Shown in pieces: positions 1-10,881 of a stretch of 64,000 nt of DNA (its first letter is position 1; each line of letters opens with the position of its first letter). The position numbers and the translations under genes were made by a program. Source of the stretch: an uncultured Clostridia bacterium (lineage in GTDB: Bacteria > Bacillota > Clostridia > TANB77 > CAG-508); NCBI GenBank assembly GCA_944392945.1, contig CALXYJ010000001.1:116257-180256 (forward strand), written 5' to 3'. The notes under the pieces are model-generated. The model did no database searches. It worked only from the letters and a program-made list of their open reading frames with translations, and had not been told where the DNA came from.

Positions 1-1252
1 TGTAGTAGGAACTAATTCAGAATATAGAAATAGAGATGTATGGTTTGATGCAAAGGAAAAAACACAAATTGCAGTAGATAAATATAAGGCTAAGGATAAT
101 CAATTTTATAGAATAGAAAAAACAATTCAAGTTGCAGATAATGATCCTTTATTACAAGATTATATTGGTTTTAATCATTATAGTTCAAATGTAAAATTAT
201 CAATTGGAGGAGTAAGAGACAAAAATAAAAGCTATAGGGGAATTTATGAAAAAATGGGATATCCTGACACGGAAATAAAATATAATAATGGAAATACTAA
301 ATTTATAGATAGTTTCTTTAACATAAAATATATTTTATCAGGATATGTAATGCCATATAGTAGATATGATTATATAGAAAATTTAAATGGAAACTTTGTA
401 TATGAAAATAATACTGCTTTTCCATTTGCATATTTAGTTAATAAAAATATACAAAATGTTAAGTTTAGTAGTACAAATGCTTTTGAAAATCAAAATACGT
501 TATATAAAGCATTAAATAATACAGATGAAGATGTATTAACAGAGGTGGAAGGAATTACAAAGGAATTAGAAAATTTAACAGAAAGTAAAAGTGAAGAAAA
601 TGAAGAGATTACAGTATTAAAAAAGATAGATTCAAATCAAACTGCAAAAATAATTTACAAATTTAAAATGCAAGAAGATGGTGCAATATATTTATATAAA
701 GAAGATGAAGGAGCTACTTCTTATTCAAATGTTAATATCAAAGTAAATGGAGAAGATTTTGGAGATTGGCTACAGGTATATAGAAGCGGAATACAATCAT
801 TGGGAAGATTTACAAAAGATACAGATGTTACTATTGAATTAGAATTAAAAGAGGATCAAATTGATTATAAGAATTTATTAATATATATAGAAAATGATGA
901 AAAAATACAAAATTTGTATAAAAATATAACTGAAAATGAAATGCAAATACAAGATTTTAAAGATAATTATATAACTGGCAGAATAAATGTAAAAACTGAT
1001 GAAAATTTATTATATTTCAGTGTGCCATATGATGAAGGATGGGATATAAAAATAGATGGTGTAGATGTAGAACCAGTAGAAGTAGCAGAATCAATGATGG
1101 CAGTTCCAATAGAAAGTGGAGAACATAATATCGAAATGCATTACAGAAGCAAAGGCTTAAATCAAGGACTTGCAATAAGTGGAATATCTATATTATTTTT
1201 TATATTTATGAATGTTATACTATTAGTGAGAAAAAACAAGAATTATCGATAA
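1..1252 (+). CDS. YfhO-family membrane protein, 5'-truncated by the window edge
   Basis: The frame of the 254..1252 ORF is open back to position 2. The C-terminal SVPYDEGW motif, 'GEHNIEMHY' and a final TM helix are typical of YfhO. Confidence 0.8.
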   Translation, partial: VVGTNSEYRNRDVWFDAKEKTQIAVDKYKAKDNQFYRIEKTIQVADNDPLLQDYIGFNHYSSNVKLSIGGVRDKNKSYRGIYEKMGYPDTEIKYNNGNTKFIDSFFNIKYILSGYVMPYSRYDYIENLNGNFVYENNTAFPFAYLVNKNIQNVKFSSTNAFENQNTLYKALNNTDEDVLTEVEGITKELENLTESKSEENEEITVLKKIDSNQTAKIIYKFKMQEDGAIYLYKEDEGATSYSNVNIKVNGEDFGDWLQVYRSGIQSLGRFTKDTDVTIELELKEDQIDYKNLLIYIENDEKIQNLYKNITENEMQIQDFKDNYITGRINVKTDENLLYFSVPYDEGWDIKIDGVDVEPVEVAESMMAVPIESGEHNIEMHYRSKGLNQGLAISGISILFFIFMNVILLVRKNKNYR

Positions 1253-1282
1253 AAAATAAGAATAAATAAAAAATAAGTCATT

Positions 1283-1311
1283 TTGACAAAAAAAGAATAA
1301 TGAAATAAAAT
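1283..1311 (+). promoter_or_regulatory. sigma-A-type promoter
   Basis: TTGACA-17 bp-TAAAAT upstream of RBS AAGGAGG and the GTG start at 1345. Confidence 0.65.
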
Positions 1312-1344
1312 TAAATCGGAATTCATAAAGGAGGAAGTATAAAA

Positions 1345-2289
1345 GTGAAGAAAATTACAATAATTATTCCAGCATACAATGAAGAAGAATCATTACCATA
1401 TTTATATAAAAGATTGCAAAAGTTGATGGATGACAATAAAGGTTATGAATTTGAAATCTTATTTGTAAATGATGGAAGCAAGGATAAAACTATAGAATTA
1501 ATAAAGGAATACAGAAAAGAAGATCAAAGAATATCATATGTAGATTTTTCTAGAAACTTTGGTAAGGAGATTGCGATGATGGCTGGTTTAGATTATGCTA
1601 CAGGTGATGCTGTAATCTTTATGGATGCTGATTTACAAGATCCACCAGAATTAATCCCAGAATTAATTAAATGGTGGGAAGAAGGATATGATGATGTATA
1701 TGCAAGAAGAAAGTCTAGAAAAGGAGAAACATGGCTTAAGAAATTTACATCTAAAATGTATTATAAGGTATTGCAAAGTTTAACAAAAGTAGAGATACAA
1801 AGGGATACAGGAGATTTCAGATTATTAGATAAAAGATGTGTTAATGCACTAAGAAAAATGAGAGAAACTCAAAGATGTTCAAAGAGTATGTTTAGTTGGA
1901 TTGGTTACAAAAAGAAAGAGGTACTTTATGATCGTGATCCAAGAATCGCTGGCAAAACTAAATGGAATTATAAAAGGTTGGTAGATTTAGCAATTGATGG
2001 AATTACATCATTTACAACCTCACCTTTAAGAATATCAACATATTTGTGCATACCAACTTTTTTAGTATTATTTATTTACTTTATATATGTAATTTGTAAA
2101 ATGATTTTAGTTACAAATAAGATTGATGCATATCAGGCAATCATACTTTTAATATTATTCTTTAGCGGAATACAAATATTGTTATTTGGTATTATAGGAG
2201 AATATTTGGGAAGGATATTTAATGAAACAAAAAATAGACCATTATACTTAGTTAATGAATATAACGGAATACGAGAAGAAAATGAATAA
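1345..2289 (+). CDS. GT2 polyprenyl-phosphate glycosyltransferase (GtrB/CsbB-like)
   Basis: IPAYNEE, VNDGSKD, SRNFGKE, DADLQDPPE and DTGDFRL motifs, plus two C-terminal TM helices. Confidence 0.9.
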   Translation: MKKITIIIPAYNEEESLPYLYKRLQKLMDDNKGYEFEILFVNDGSKDKTIELIKEYRKEDQRISYVDFSRNFGKEIAMMAGLDYATGDAVIFMDADLQDPPELIPELIKWWEEGYDDVYARRKSRKGETWLKKFTSKMYYKVLQSLTKVEIQRDTGDFRLLDKRCVNALRKMRETQRCSKSMFSWIGYKKKEVLYDRDPRIAGKTKWNYKRLVDLAIDGITSFTTSPLRISTYLCIPTFLVLFIYFIYVICKMILVTNKIDAYQAIILLILFFSGIQILLFGIIGEYLGRIFNETKNRPLYLVNEYNGIREENE

Positions 2290-2309
2290 TATACGAGGGA
2301 GGAATTAAA

Positions 2310-5300
2310 ATGAAAAGAAAATCCATTTTTTGGGTAATAATTCTAGCAATTATTTTACTGGGAAACATAGTATTTGCTAATGTAGCTAATACAACAGAAA
2401 ATGAAATTAGCGAAGAAGATTTAAAGACACTTACTGATAATTCTCAACAATTAAAAAGCGCAAATATTACAGGCAGTAAGACTGTAGAAGAAGGAGTGTA
2501 CAAAATTGCTATAAGTTCAAATGAAAATATTGTAGTAGATATATCAGGAGCATCAAAAGATAATCAAGCTAATGCGAACTTATGGGAATATAAAGGAGAG
2601 ATCCAACAAAAATTCAAATTAGAATATGATAATAATGGATCTTATGTCATAAGAAATGCAAATTCAGGAAAAGTATTAGATGTAGAATGGGGAGGAATGA
2701 CCTCAGGAACTAATGTATGGCAATATGAATATAATGGATCAGATTCACAAAAATGGATTATACAAAAAACATCTGATGGATATTATAATATAATTTCAAA
2801 ATTAAATGGTTTATATTTGGATTTTGAAAATGGATCTAAAGAAAATGGAACCAATGTGCGTGTATTAACAAAAAATAATGGACAATCTCAAAAATTCAAC
2901 TTATTAGAAGTAAATCAAATTGTTGGAACAAAATCTGTAACTCCAGGAACATATAGAATTGCTATCTATTCAAGCAAATATATAGGTTTAGATGTATCTG
3001 GAGCATCAAAAGATAATCAAGCTAATGTTCAATTGTGGCAATATAAGGGAGAAAAGCAACAATTATTTGAACTTGCTTATAATAATGATGGTTATTATAC
3101 GATTAAAAATGTTAATTCAGGAAAAATGCTAGATGTGTCATGGGGAGGAATGACTTCAGGAACTAATGTATGGCAATATGAAAATAATAACTCAGATTCA
3201 CAAAAATGGATTATACAAAAAACATCTGATGGATATTATAATATAATTTCAAAACTAAATGGATTATATTTAGATATATCAAATGGTGGAACATCTAATG
3301 GAACTAATGTACAAGTATTTGAAAATAATGGTACAACTTCTCAAAAATTCCAAATATTAACAAATGAACCTATAAAAGGTGAAAAAACAGTAGATAATGG
3401 AACATATAGAATTGCAACAGTATTAAATGCTAATAAAGTTGTGGATATTTCTGGAGCATCAAAAGATAATCAAGCTAATGTAAACTTATGGGAATATAAA
3501 GGAGAAGTTCAACAAAAATTTAAACTAGAGTATGATGGTAACGGATATTATAAAATTAAGAATGTTAACTCAGGAAAAGTATTAGACGTAGAATGGGGAG
3601 GAATGACTTCAGGAACTAATGTATGGCAATACGAAGACAATAATACAGATTCACAAAAATGGGTTATAAAAGAAACATCTGATGGATATTATAATATAAT
3701 TTCAAAATTAAACGGATTATATTTAGATGTTTCTAATGCTGGAACAGCAAATGGAACTAATATACAAGTATTTGAAGAGAACGGAACTAAGTCACAAAAA
3801 TTCAAACTTGTAAAAAAAGATACAATAAAGGGAAGTAAAACTTTAGAGGATGGAACATATAGAATTGCTTTAGCTAAGGATACTACAGCAGGATTAGATG
3901 TTGCAAATAGCAACAGAGAAAATGGAGCAAATGTACAAGTTTGGAATTATGATAATGTAGCTAAGCAACAATTTAATATAGTTTATGATGGAAATGGATA
4001 CTATACAATAATTGCAGTACATTCAGGAAAAGTATTAGATATTCAAAATGGAAAGAATGTTAGTGGAACCAATGTATGGCAATATATAAACAATGGTAGT
4101 GATGCTCAAAAATGGGTTATTAGAAAAAACAGTGATGGAACATATAATATTATTTCAAAAGTAGATGCTTTATATTTAGATATATCAAATGGATCTACAG
4201 CAGATGGAGCCAATATACAAGTGTTTGAGGCAAATGGCTCAGATGCACAAGAATTTCAATTTATAAAAATTGAAGATAAAAGTGAAAGAAGTATATTAGA
4301 TGGTGGCTATAGAGTTGCATTGGCAAGTAATAGCAAAATGGGGTTAGATATTTCTAATGGAAATACGGATAATCAAGCAAATGTACAATTATGGGAATAT
4401 ACAGGAGTAAGACAGCAAAAATTTGTAATTGAATATACAGAAGATAACTATTATAGAATAAAAAGTGTTAACTCAGGAAAAGTATTAGACGTAGAATGGG
4501 GAGGATCAGCTCCAGGAACTAATGTATGGCAATATGAGGATAATAATTCAGACTCACAAAAATGGATTGTAAGACAAGTAGAGGATGGAAATTATATTAT
4601 TATTTCAAAATTAAATGGTCTATGCTTAGATGTAGCAAATGGAAGTATAAAAAATGGAGCTAATATACAAGTTTATACAATAAATAAATCAAATGCACAA
4701 AAATTTAATTTTGAAAAGGTTAATATTGGTATAAATATAGATTCAAATAAATATCCAGGAGTACAAGAAAAAATAAATGAAATTGTTAAGAAACATCCAA
4801 ATTGGAGATTTGAACCAGTATATTTAAATCTAGATTTTAATGAAGCAGTAGAAGGAGAATATAAAAGTAATAGAACTAATCTAGTAGATACAACTGTATA
4901 CCAAGGAGAATGGATTAGAGAAAATCCATATAGTAGTGGCGAGTGGTATTCAGCATCAAGAAAAGCAATTGCATATTTTATGGATCCAAGAAACTTCTTA
5001 GATGATGTAAATGTATTCCAATTCCAATATTTAAATGATTATTTAAATGGTGTTGCAACATTAGAAGGTATACAAAATCAAGTAAATGGAACATTTTTAA
5101 ATAATTATGCAAATGATATAAATACAGCATGTTTAAATCAAAATGTTAATCCATACTATGTAATCGCAAGACTATTCCAAGAGCAAGGAAGAAATGGAAC
5201 AACAATTGGAACAGGAATGAATGGTGGAGATGGAAAAACATATTACAATCCATTTAATATAGGTGCAAACTTAGGAAATGATTATGAAACAGCTTTAGCT

Positions 5301-6083
5301 ACTGCTAAAAAATACGGATGGGACAGTATGCAAAAAGCAATACAAGGAGGTATAGATTTCCTAAAAGCTAATTGGTTAGAAAATAAACAAAATACACTAT
5401 ATTTAAATAAATTTGATGTTGATGCAAGCAATGGAACAAATTTATATGAGCATCAATATATGCAAAACCTTTCTGCAGCATATAGTGAGGCACGTACTCT
5501 TAGAGGATGCTATGTAAATACAGGTAAATTAGAATCAGAATTTGTATTTTATATTCCTTTATATGAAAACATGCCAACAGAAGTAAGCCCAATGCCAGTT
5601 AATAATGTTGATGAGACAGCAATGAGTGCTAAAATAGTAAATATTGATAAACTAGAAATAAAGGAAACTACACAGGAAAATGCTAAAGTATTGGGAACTT
5701 TATCTAAAGGAGAAACAGTACTATCTGTTGAAAGAGCTGTAAATGGTAATTGGAGTAAAATTGTAACAGATAAGCAAGTAAATGGATATAACATTATTGG
5801 TTATGTATCAGGAGATTATTTAGAATTTATAAATGATAAAACAAATTCTAATTATATTGCTACAGTAAAAACACAGGATGGAATTGGAGTAAACGTAAGA
5901 AGCGGACCAAGTACAGAGTTTAGCAAAGTTGGAGCATTTCAAGATGGAACTACAGTAACAGTAATATCTACAGGTGTTTACCACACTAAAAAATCTGATG
6001 GTAGCAGTGATTTCTGGTGGGATTGGTGTATAGCAGAAGGTGGAAGAAAAGTATTTATTCCAACTAAATATTTACAAAAATAA
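2310..6083 (+). CDS. Secreted cell-wall hydrolase: five RICIN beta-trefoil domains + glucosaminidase-like domain + SH3-like domains
   Basis: Signal peptide. Five repeats begin G(T/V/G)Y(R/K)(I/V) and contain QxW/QxF motifs. Then YYNPFNIGA / HQYMQNL (glucosaminidase-like) and VNVRSGPST (SH3-like). Confidence 0.8.
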   Translation: MKRKSIFWVIILAIILLGNIVFANVANTTENEISEEDLKTLTDNSQQLKSANITGSKTVEEGVYKIAISSNENIVVDISGASKDNQANANLWEYKGEIQQKFKLEYDNNGSYVIRNANSGKVLDVEWGGMTSGTNVWQYEYNGSDSQKWIIQKTSDGYYNIISKLNGLYLDFENGSKENGTNVRVLTKNNGQSQKFNLLEVNQIVGTKSVTPGTYRIAIYSSKYIGLDVSGASKDNQANVQLWQYKGEKQQLFELAYNNDGYYTIKNVNSGKMLDVSWGGMTSGTNVWQYENNNSDSQKWIIQKTSDGYYNIISKLNGLYLDISNGGTSNGTNVQVFENNGTTSQKFQILTNEPIKGEKTVDNGTYRIATVLNANKVVDISGASKDNQANVNLWEYKGEVQQKFKLEYDGNGYYKIKNVNSGKVLDVEWGGMTSGTNVWQYEDNNTDSQKWVIKETSDGYYNIISKLNGLYLDVSNAGTANGTNIQVFEENGTKSQKFKLVKKDTIKGSKTLEDGTYRIALAKDTTAGLDVANSNRENGANVQVWNYDNVAKQQFNIVYDGNGYYTIIAVHSGKVLDIQNGKNVSGTNVWQYINNGSDAQKWVIRKNSDGTYNIISKVDALYLDISNGSTADGANIQVFEANGSDAQEFQFIKIEDKSERSILDGGYRVALASNSKMGLDISNGNTDNQANVQLWEYTGVRQQKFVIEYTEDNYYRIKSVNSGKVLDVEWGGSAPGTNVWQYEDNNSDSQKWIVRQVEDGNYIIISKLNGLCLDVANGSIKNGANIQVYTINKSNAQKFNFEKVNIGINIDSNKYPGVQEKINEIVKKHPNWRFEPVYLNLDFNEAVEGEYKSNRTNLVDTTVYQGEWIRENPYSSGEWYSASRKAIAYFMDPRNFLDDVNVFQFQYLNDYLNGVATLEGIQNQVNGTFLNNYANDINTACLNQNVNPYYVIARLFQEQGRNGTTIGTGMNGGDGKTYYNPFNIGANLGNDYETALATAKKYGWDSMQKAIQGGIDFLKANWLENKQNTLYLNKFDVDASNGTNLYEHQYMQNLSAAYSEARTLRGCYVNTGKLESEFVFYIPLYENMPTEVSPMPVNNVDETAMSAKIVNIDKLEIKETTQENAKVLGTLSKGETVLSVERAVNGNWSKIVTDKQVNGYNIIGYVSGDYLEFINDKTNSNYIATVKTQDGIGVNVRSGPSTEFSKVGAFQDGTTVTVISTGVYHTKKSDGSSDFWWDWCIAEGGRKVFIPTKYLQK
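2490..4720 (+). repeat. Intragenic tandem repeats of ~450 bp (five ricin-type units)
   Basis: Near-identical DNA blocks recur in several units, e.g. TCAGGAAAAGTATTAGAYGTAGAATGGGGAGGA and GGAACTAATGTATGGCAATA. Boundaries are approximate. Confidence 0.85.
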
Positions 6084-6098
6084 TATTTATAAATGAAA

Positions 6099-6133
6099 TT
6101 ACTGGAGCAGAATGTATATTTTTGCTCCAGTAA
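6099..6133 (+). terminator. Stem-loop, probable intrinsic terminator
   Basis: TTACTGGAGCA...TGCTCCAGTAA inverted repeat just after the stop at 6083. Confidence 0.65.
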
Positions 6134-6174
6134 CTATATATATTAATTAAATCCAACAAAAGGGGAGATTAAGT

Positions 6175-7032
6175 ATGAAAAAATTTTTAAGTTTTGTATT
6201 AATTCCAATTCTTTTAATAATACTTATAACAAATACTTCTTATGCAAGATTTGTAGATATGGAATATCCACCAAATAGTTCGGGGAATGCAGATCTTACT
6301 GATGAAGAAGCAGAAGATGAATATAGCAACGAATTAGAACAGCAAAATACAAGTGCAGAAGATTTTATAGATAAATCTAGCAATAACTATTTAAAGTCTT
6401 TAACTGTAGAAAATGCTACATTAAGTCCAGAATTTGCGAGACAGAATGAAAGATATACTGTAACATTAAATGATCCAAATGCTAAAACACTTAAAATCTC
6501 TGCAGAAGCTGAAGATGAAAAAGCAACAATAGAAGGAACGGGAGAAATTGAATTAACAGATGGAATAAATAATCTTAGAGTTACAGTTACTGCAGAAAAT
6601 GGAAATGTAAGATTTTATAATTTAACAGTAGAATTACCATATGATCAATCTCAACTAAGATTGAATTCTTTAGAAATCGAAGGAATAGTTGAAAATAGTA
6701 ATAATGAAAAGATAAGTTTGAAACCTAGTTTTGATAAAGAAACTTTTGAATATACAATGGAAGTTTCAAATAGAGTAACAGGATTACAAATAGATGCAAA
6801 AGCAGATGATAATATTTCTGTAAGGATTTCTGGAGGAAATTCATTAGATGTAGGAGAAAACACAGTAATAATTGAATTATCAAATATGAACGACGAAACT
6901 CAAAAAACAACTTATACAATTAAAGTAACAAGGAATGAAGATAATTCTAACAATACAATTTTAATTGTTTCAATAATTGCAGTAGTAGTTATTTTAATAA
7001 TAATAATATTTATGATTAAACGAAAAAAATAA
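6175..7032 (+). CDS. Membrane-anchored protein with two cadherin-like beta-sandwich domains
   Basis: Signal peptide, LKSL..LSPEF / VTAENG..Y repeat signatures, C-terminal TM helix followed by KRKK. Confidence 0.75.
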   Translation: MKKFLSFVLIPILLIILITNTSYARFVDMEYPPNSSGNADLTDEEAEDEYSNELEQQNTSAEDFIDKSSNNYLKSLTVENATLSPEFARQNERYTVTLNDPNAKTLKISAEAEDEKATIEGTGEIELTDGINNLRVTVTAENGNVRFYNLTVELPYDQSQLRLNSLEIEGIVENSNNEKISLKPSFDKETFEYTMEVSNRVTGLQIDAKADDNISVRISGGNSLDVGENTVIIELSNMNDETQKTTYTIKVTRNEDNSNNTILIVSIIAVVVILIIIIFMIKRKK

Positions 7033-7036
7033 ATAG

Positions 7037-7072
7037 TTTTAGCCAGTATTTTTTATTAAATGCTGGCTAAAA
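7037..7072 (+). terminator. Probable intrinsic terminator
   Basis: TTTTAGCCAGTATT...AATGCTGGCTAAAA inverted repeat followed by a T-rich tract. Confidence 0.65.
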
Positions 7073-7148
7073 TTTTATATTTTTTCTTGTAAAAATATTA
7101 TTATAATGGTAAGATAAATGCGTAAAATTATAAATGGAGGAAATATTT

Positions 7149-8105
7149 ATGGAAAATATTAAAATATTTGCTTGTAGTAGTTATGCAGAACCTTTTACAA
7201 AGGAAATTTGTGATTATCTAAATTTACCAATGGGAAAGATAAACTCAATGAAATTTAAAAATGATAATAATTTTGTTCAAATACTAGAAACAGTAAGGGA
7301 ACAGGATGTGTATTTAGTACAAAGTAATGTTCCACCTGTAAATGAAAGAATAATGGAGTTATTAATAACAATAGATGCAGTAAAAAGAGCATCAGCAGGT
7401 AAAATAAATGTTGTTTTACCATATTATATCTACTCAAGATCAGATAAAAAGGATCAACCAAGAGTTCCAATAACAGCAAAATTAATAGCTGAATTATTAG
7501 AAACAGCAGGAGCGACAAGGGTTATAACATGTGATCTTCATAATCCAGCAATACAAGCATATTTTAATAATATAAATTGCGATAGACTTTCAGCAGAAGA
7601 TCTTTTAGAAGATTATTTTGAACAAAAGAAATTAGAAAATATGGTAATAGTAGCCACAGATGCAGGTAGCTCTAAGAAAGCTTATAAATATTCTGAATTC
7701 TTTAATTGTCCAATAGCAATGTTGGATAAAAGAAGAGATGGAAATAATGATAAAGCAATAGGAACTACGATTATAGGTGATGTTAAAGATAAAAATGCAA
7801 TTATTTTTGATGATGAAATAGATACTGCAGGTTCAATGATGGAAACAGTAAGAGTTCTAAAAGAATTTGGAGCAAAAGCAATTTATGCAGGTTGTACACA
7901 TGGTGTACTTTCTGGTCCAGCTATAGAAAGAATAAAAAATTCACCAATAAAAGAATTAGTTATAACAAATACTATACCATTAACCGAAGAAAAGAAAATA
8001 GATAAAATAAAGGTAGTTTCTATAGCTCCATTATTTGCAGAAACGATAAAACGTCTAAATGAAAAAAGACCTTTAGGAGAAATACTAAAAAGAATAGAAA
8101 AATAA
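7149..8105 (+). CDS. prs: Ribose-phosphate pyrophosphokinase
   Basis: YSRSDKK, CDLH, DDEIDTAGS and THGVLSG motifs. Start placed at ATG 7149 after GGAGG. Confidence 0.92.
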   Translation: MENIKIFACSSYAEPFTKEICDYLNLPMGKINSMKFKNDNNFVQILETVREQDVYLVQSNVPPVNERIMELLITIDAVKRASAGKINVVLPYYIYSRSDKKDQPRVPITAKLIAELLETAGATRVITCDLHNPAIQAYFNNINCDRLSAEDLLEDYFEQKKLENMVIVATDAGSSKKAYKYSEFFNCPIAMLDKRRDGNNDKAIGTTIIGDVKDKNAIIFDDEIDTAGSMMETVRVLKEFGAKAIYAGCTHGVLSGPAIERIKNSPIKELVITNTIPLTEEKKIDKIKVVSIAPLFAETIKRLNEKRPLGEILKRIEK

Positions 8106-8120
8106 TAAAAAGGAAAAAAT

Positions 8121-9860
8121 ATGAAAGAATATATAAAAAAATATTATAAATATTATTTAATAATAATATTTATCGCTATTATGCTAACATCAGCATTACT
8201 AGTTAATGGACTGCCAGATGCTCATGATGTAGATGCACATATGGCAAGAGCTGTAGGGACAGGTAAGGCATTAAAAGAAGGACAAGTTCCGCCATTGGTT
8301 GTATCTGATTATGTAAATGGATTTGGATTTGCATGGAACCTATTTTATCCGCCATTAGCACCATATATTATGACCATATTAAAGCTTTTTGTAGCTACTT
8401 ATCAAAATGCTTTAAAATTATTAATTATGATATTTATGTGCATATCTGGAATAGCTATGTTTAAGTTAATGGAAGAGATAACAGGAAAGAAAAAAGTTTC
8501 TTTGCTAGCTTCAATAATATATATGTGTGCACCATATTTATTAATAGATATATATATTAGAATGGCAGTGGGAGAAATATTATCATATGCTTTATTTCCA
8601 GTACTATTTTTAGGAATACATAATTTATTTTATGGAAGTGGAAAAAAGCATACTTTAATTACAGTAGGAGCAGTGGGAATATTGTTATCCCATAATATTA
8701 GTGCAATATTTGCGATTGGCTTATCAGTTATTTATGTCTTGTTTAATATAAAAAGATTAAATAATAAAGAAATATGGAAGAAAATAGGAATTAATGTAGT
8801 TTTTATAATATTAATAGTTGGATTTTTTTATCTTCCATTATTACAGGCTAAAAATTCAATAAATTATGCGGTATTTGAATATGGAACAATGGCAACATTA
8901 AATTCGCTAAAAGATAATGTAGTATATTTATCACAAATATTATTTGGAAAAATGCAAACAGGTTATAGTAATCCAATAATTATTTCTAAAAATGTAGATT
9001 GGGATATGTGTATGCAAATAGGATTGTATATTGTTATACCACTTTTATTTACACCATTTGTTTATAAAAAAATCGATAAAAAATTTAGAAAAAATTATTT
9101 ACTCACTTTAGTAATTGGTCTTTTTGCAATATTTGCATCAACTCCATTATTTCCATATAATATATTGCCTAAACAAATAGCTGTAATTCAGTTTCCATGG
9201 AGATTTTTGCATATTGCAACATTTGCATTATCTATTATAGCAACAATTAATATATATAAAGTATTCGAGCAAATAAGATTGCAAGAAATAATGATATTTA
9301 CAATTATAATATTAGTGTATATTTCACCACTAATATTTGTAAATAATTTTAATACAAGAATAACAGATGAAGTATATACAGGGGAAGAGGAATTAAATCC
9401 AGATGATAAGTCTACAAAAAGCTCAGCAATGTTAGAATATTTACCACTTAAAGCATACGAAAATATAGAGTACATAAAAAATAGAAGCCAAGATGTTGTA
9501 GTTATAGAAGGAAACATACAAATAACAGAGCAAAATAAAAATGGTTCAAATATGAATATAAAATTCACAAATGCAAGTAATAAATCTAGCATAGAATTAC
9601 CATATATTTATTATCCGGGATATGAGATAAAAATAAATGGAGAAAAAATTGATTATTATGAATCAGAAAATGGATTTGTTAAATTAGATATACCAGAAAA
9701 TACTAGTGGAGAGATAGTAGTAAAATATACAGGAACAATACTTGCTAGAATAACATGGCTAATTTCATTAATATCATTAATAGTATTTATAATATATAAT
9801 ATAAATTTATGTATTAAGTATAAAAAAGATAGAAAAATTTTAGTTCATGAAAAAGATTAA
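8121..9860 (+). CDS. Polytopic membrane protein, GT-C/YfhO-like (PTPS-related membrane family)
   Basis: FYPPL, QFPWRFL, EYLP and ELPYIYYPGY motifs, with many TM helices. Confidence 0.7.
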   Translation: MKEYIKKYYKYYLIIIFIAIMLTSALLVNGLPDAHDVDAHMARAVGTGKALKEGQVPPLVVSDYVNGFGFAWNLFYPPLAPYIMTILKLFVATYQNALKLLIMIFMCISGIAMFKLMEEITGKKKVSLLASIIYMCAPYLLIDIYIRMAVGEILSYALFPVLFLGIHNLFYGSGKKHTLITVGAVGILLSHNISAIFAIGLSVIYVLFNIKRLNNKEIWKKIGINVVFIILIVGFFYLPLLQAKNSINYAVFEYGTMATLNSLKDNVVYLSQILFGKMQTGYSNPIIISKNVDWDMCMQIGLYIVIPLLFTPFVYKKIDKKFRKNYLLTLVIGLFAIFASTPLFPYNILPKQIAVIQFPWRFLHIATFALSIIATINIYKVFEQIRLQEIMIFTIIILVYISPLIFVNNFNTRITDEVYTGEEELNPDDKSTKSSAMLEYLPLKAYENIEYIKNRSQDVVVIEGNIQITEQNKNGSNMNIKFTNASNKSSIELPYIYYPGYEIKINGEKIDYYESENGFVKLDIPENTSGEIVVKYTGTILARITWLISLISLIVFIIYNINLCIKYKKDRKILVHEKD

Positions 9861-9897
9861 TATTGTGATATAATGCTATAAACAAAAGGAGAGTATC

Positions 9898-10842
9898 ATG
9901 AAAAAAATTTCAGTTATAGTACCAATGTATTATGAAGAAGAAGTAGCAGAAGAATGTTATAAAAGGTTAAATAATGTATTAACAAATATAGATAATTATA
10001 CACATGAGATAATATTTATAAATGATGGAAGTAAAGACAAAACTTTGGATATTTTAATAGGTATAGCAAATAAAGATAAAACCGTAAAAGTAATATCATT
10101 TTCTAGAAATTTTGGGCATCAATGTGCAGTAACTGCAGGTTTACAATATGTAACAGGTGATGCAATAGTAATTATAGATGCTGATTTACAAGATCCACCA
10201 GAATTAATACCAGAAATGTTAAAACTTTGGGAAGATGGATATGAGGTAATATATGGAAAAAGAAAATCTAGAAAAGGAGAATCAAGATTTAAGTTATTAA
10301 CTGCGTCAATGTTTTATAGAACATTAAATGCTTTATCAGATGTAGATATTCCAAAGGATACAGGGGATTTTAGACTTGTAGATAGAAAAGTAGTGGATGT
10401 TATAAATTCTTTGCCAGAACATAATAAATTTTTAAGAGGTCTATTTAGTTGGGTTGGATTTAAGCAAACACCATATGAATATGAAAGAAAAGAAAGATTT
10501 GCGGGAAAGACAAAATATCCTTTAAAGAAAATGTTAAAATTAGCCCAAGATGGTATATTTAGTTTTTCTACAAAGCCATTAAGAATAGTAGGAACAATGG
10601 GAATTATATCTATAGCTATTTCAATTATAGTTCTAATTTATGCAATATTGTCATATATATTTAATTGGAATAATTTAACTGCGGGATGGACTTCTTTAAT
10701 GGTAACAATTACATTTTTAAGTGGTATGATACTTATATCTTTATGGATGATTGGGGAATACATTGGAAGAATATATGACGAAACAAAGAAGAGACCACAG
10801 TATGTAATAGAAAAAACTTTTAATATAGATCAAAATGATTAA
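9898..10842 (+). CDS. GT2 polyprenyl-phosphate glycosyltransferase (paralog of 1345..2289)
   Basis: INDGSKD, SRNFGHQ, DADLQDPPE and DTGDFRL motifs, plus two TM helices. Confidence 0.9.
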   Translation: MKKISVIVPMYYEEEVAEECYKRLNNVLTNIDNYTHEIIFINDGSKDKTLDILIGIANKDKTVKVISFSRNFGHQCAVTAGLQYVTGDAIVIIDADLQDPPELIPEMLKLWEDGYEVIYGKRKSRKGESRFKLLTASMFYRTLNALSDVDIPKDTGDFRLVDRKVVDVINSLPEHNKFLRGLFSWVGFKQTPYEYERKERFAGKTKYPLKKMLKLAQDGIFSFSTKPLRIVGTMGIISIAISIIVLIYAILSYIFNWNNLTAGWTSLMVTITFLSGMILISLWMIGEYIGRIYDETKKRPQYVIEKTFNIDQND

Positions 10843-10881
10843 ATTTAATAAATTCATAAGAGAAAATTGGGGGAATTATAA

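Noticed and set aside
1801-1803. AGG as a second +1 shift codon
   Set aside because: AGG occurs in frame in intact genes, e.g. Q-R-DTGDF here and A-R-HNY in smpB, without breaking them.
2490-4720. Regular repeats as a possible CRISPR array or DGR template
   Set aside because: The repeats are in-frame protein domains with no spacer structure, and no cas or reverse transcriptase gene is present.
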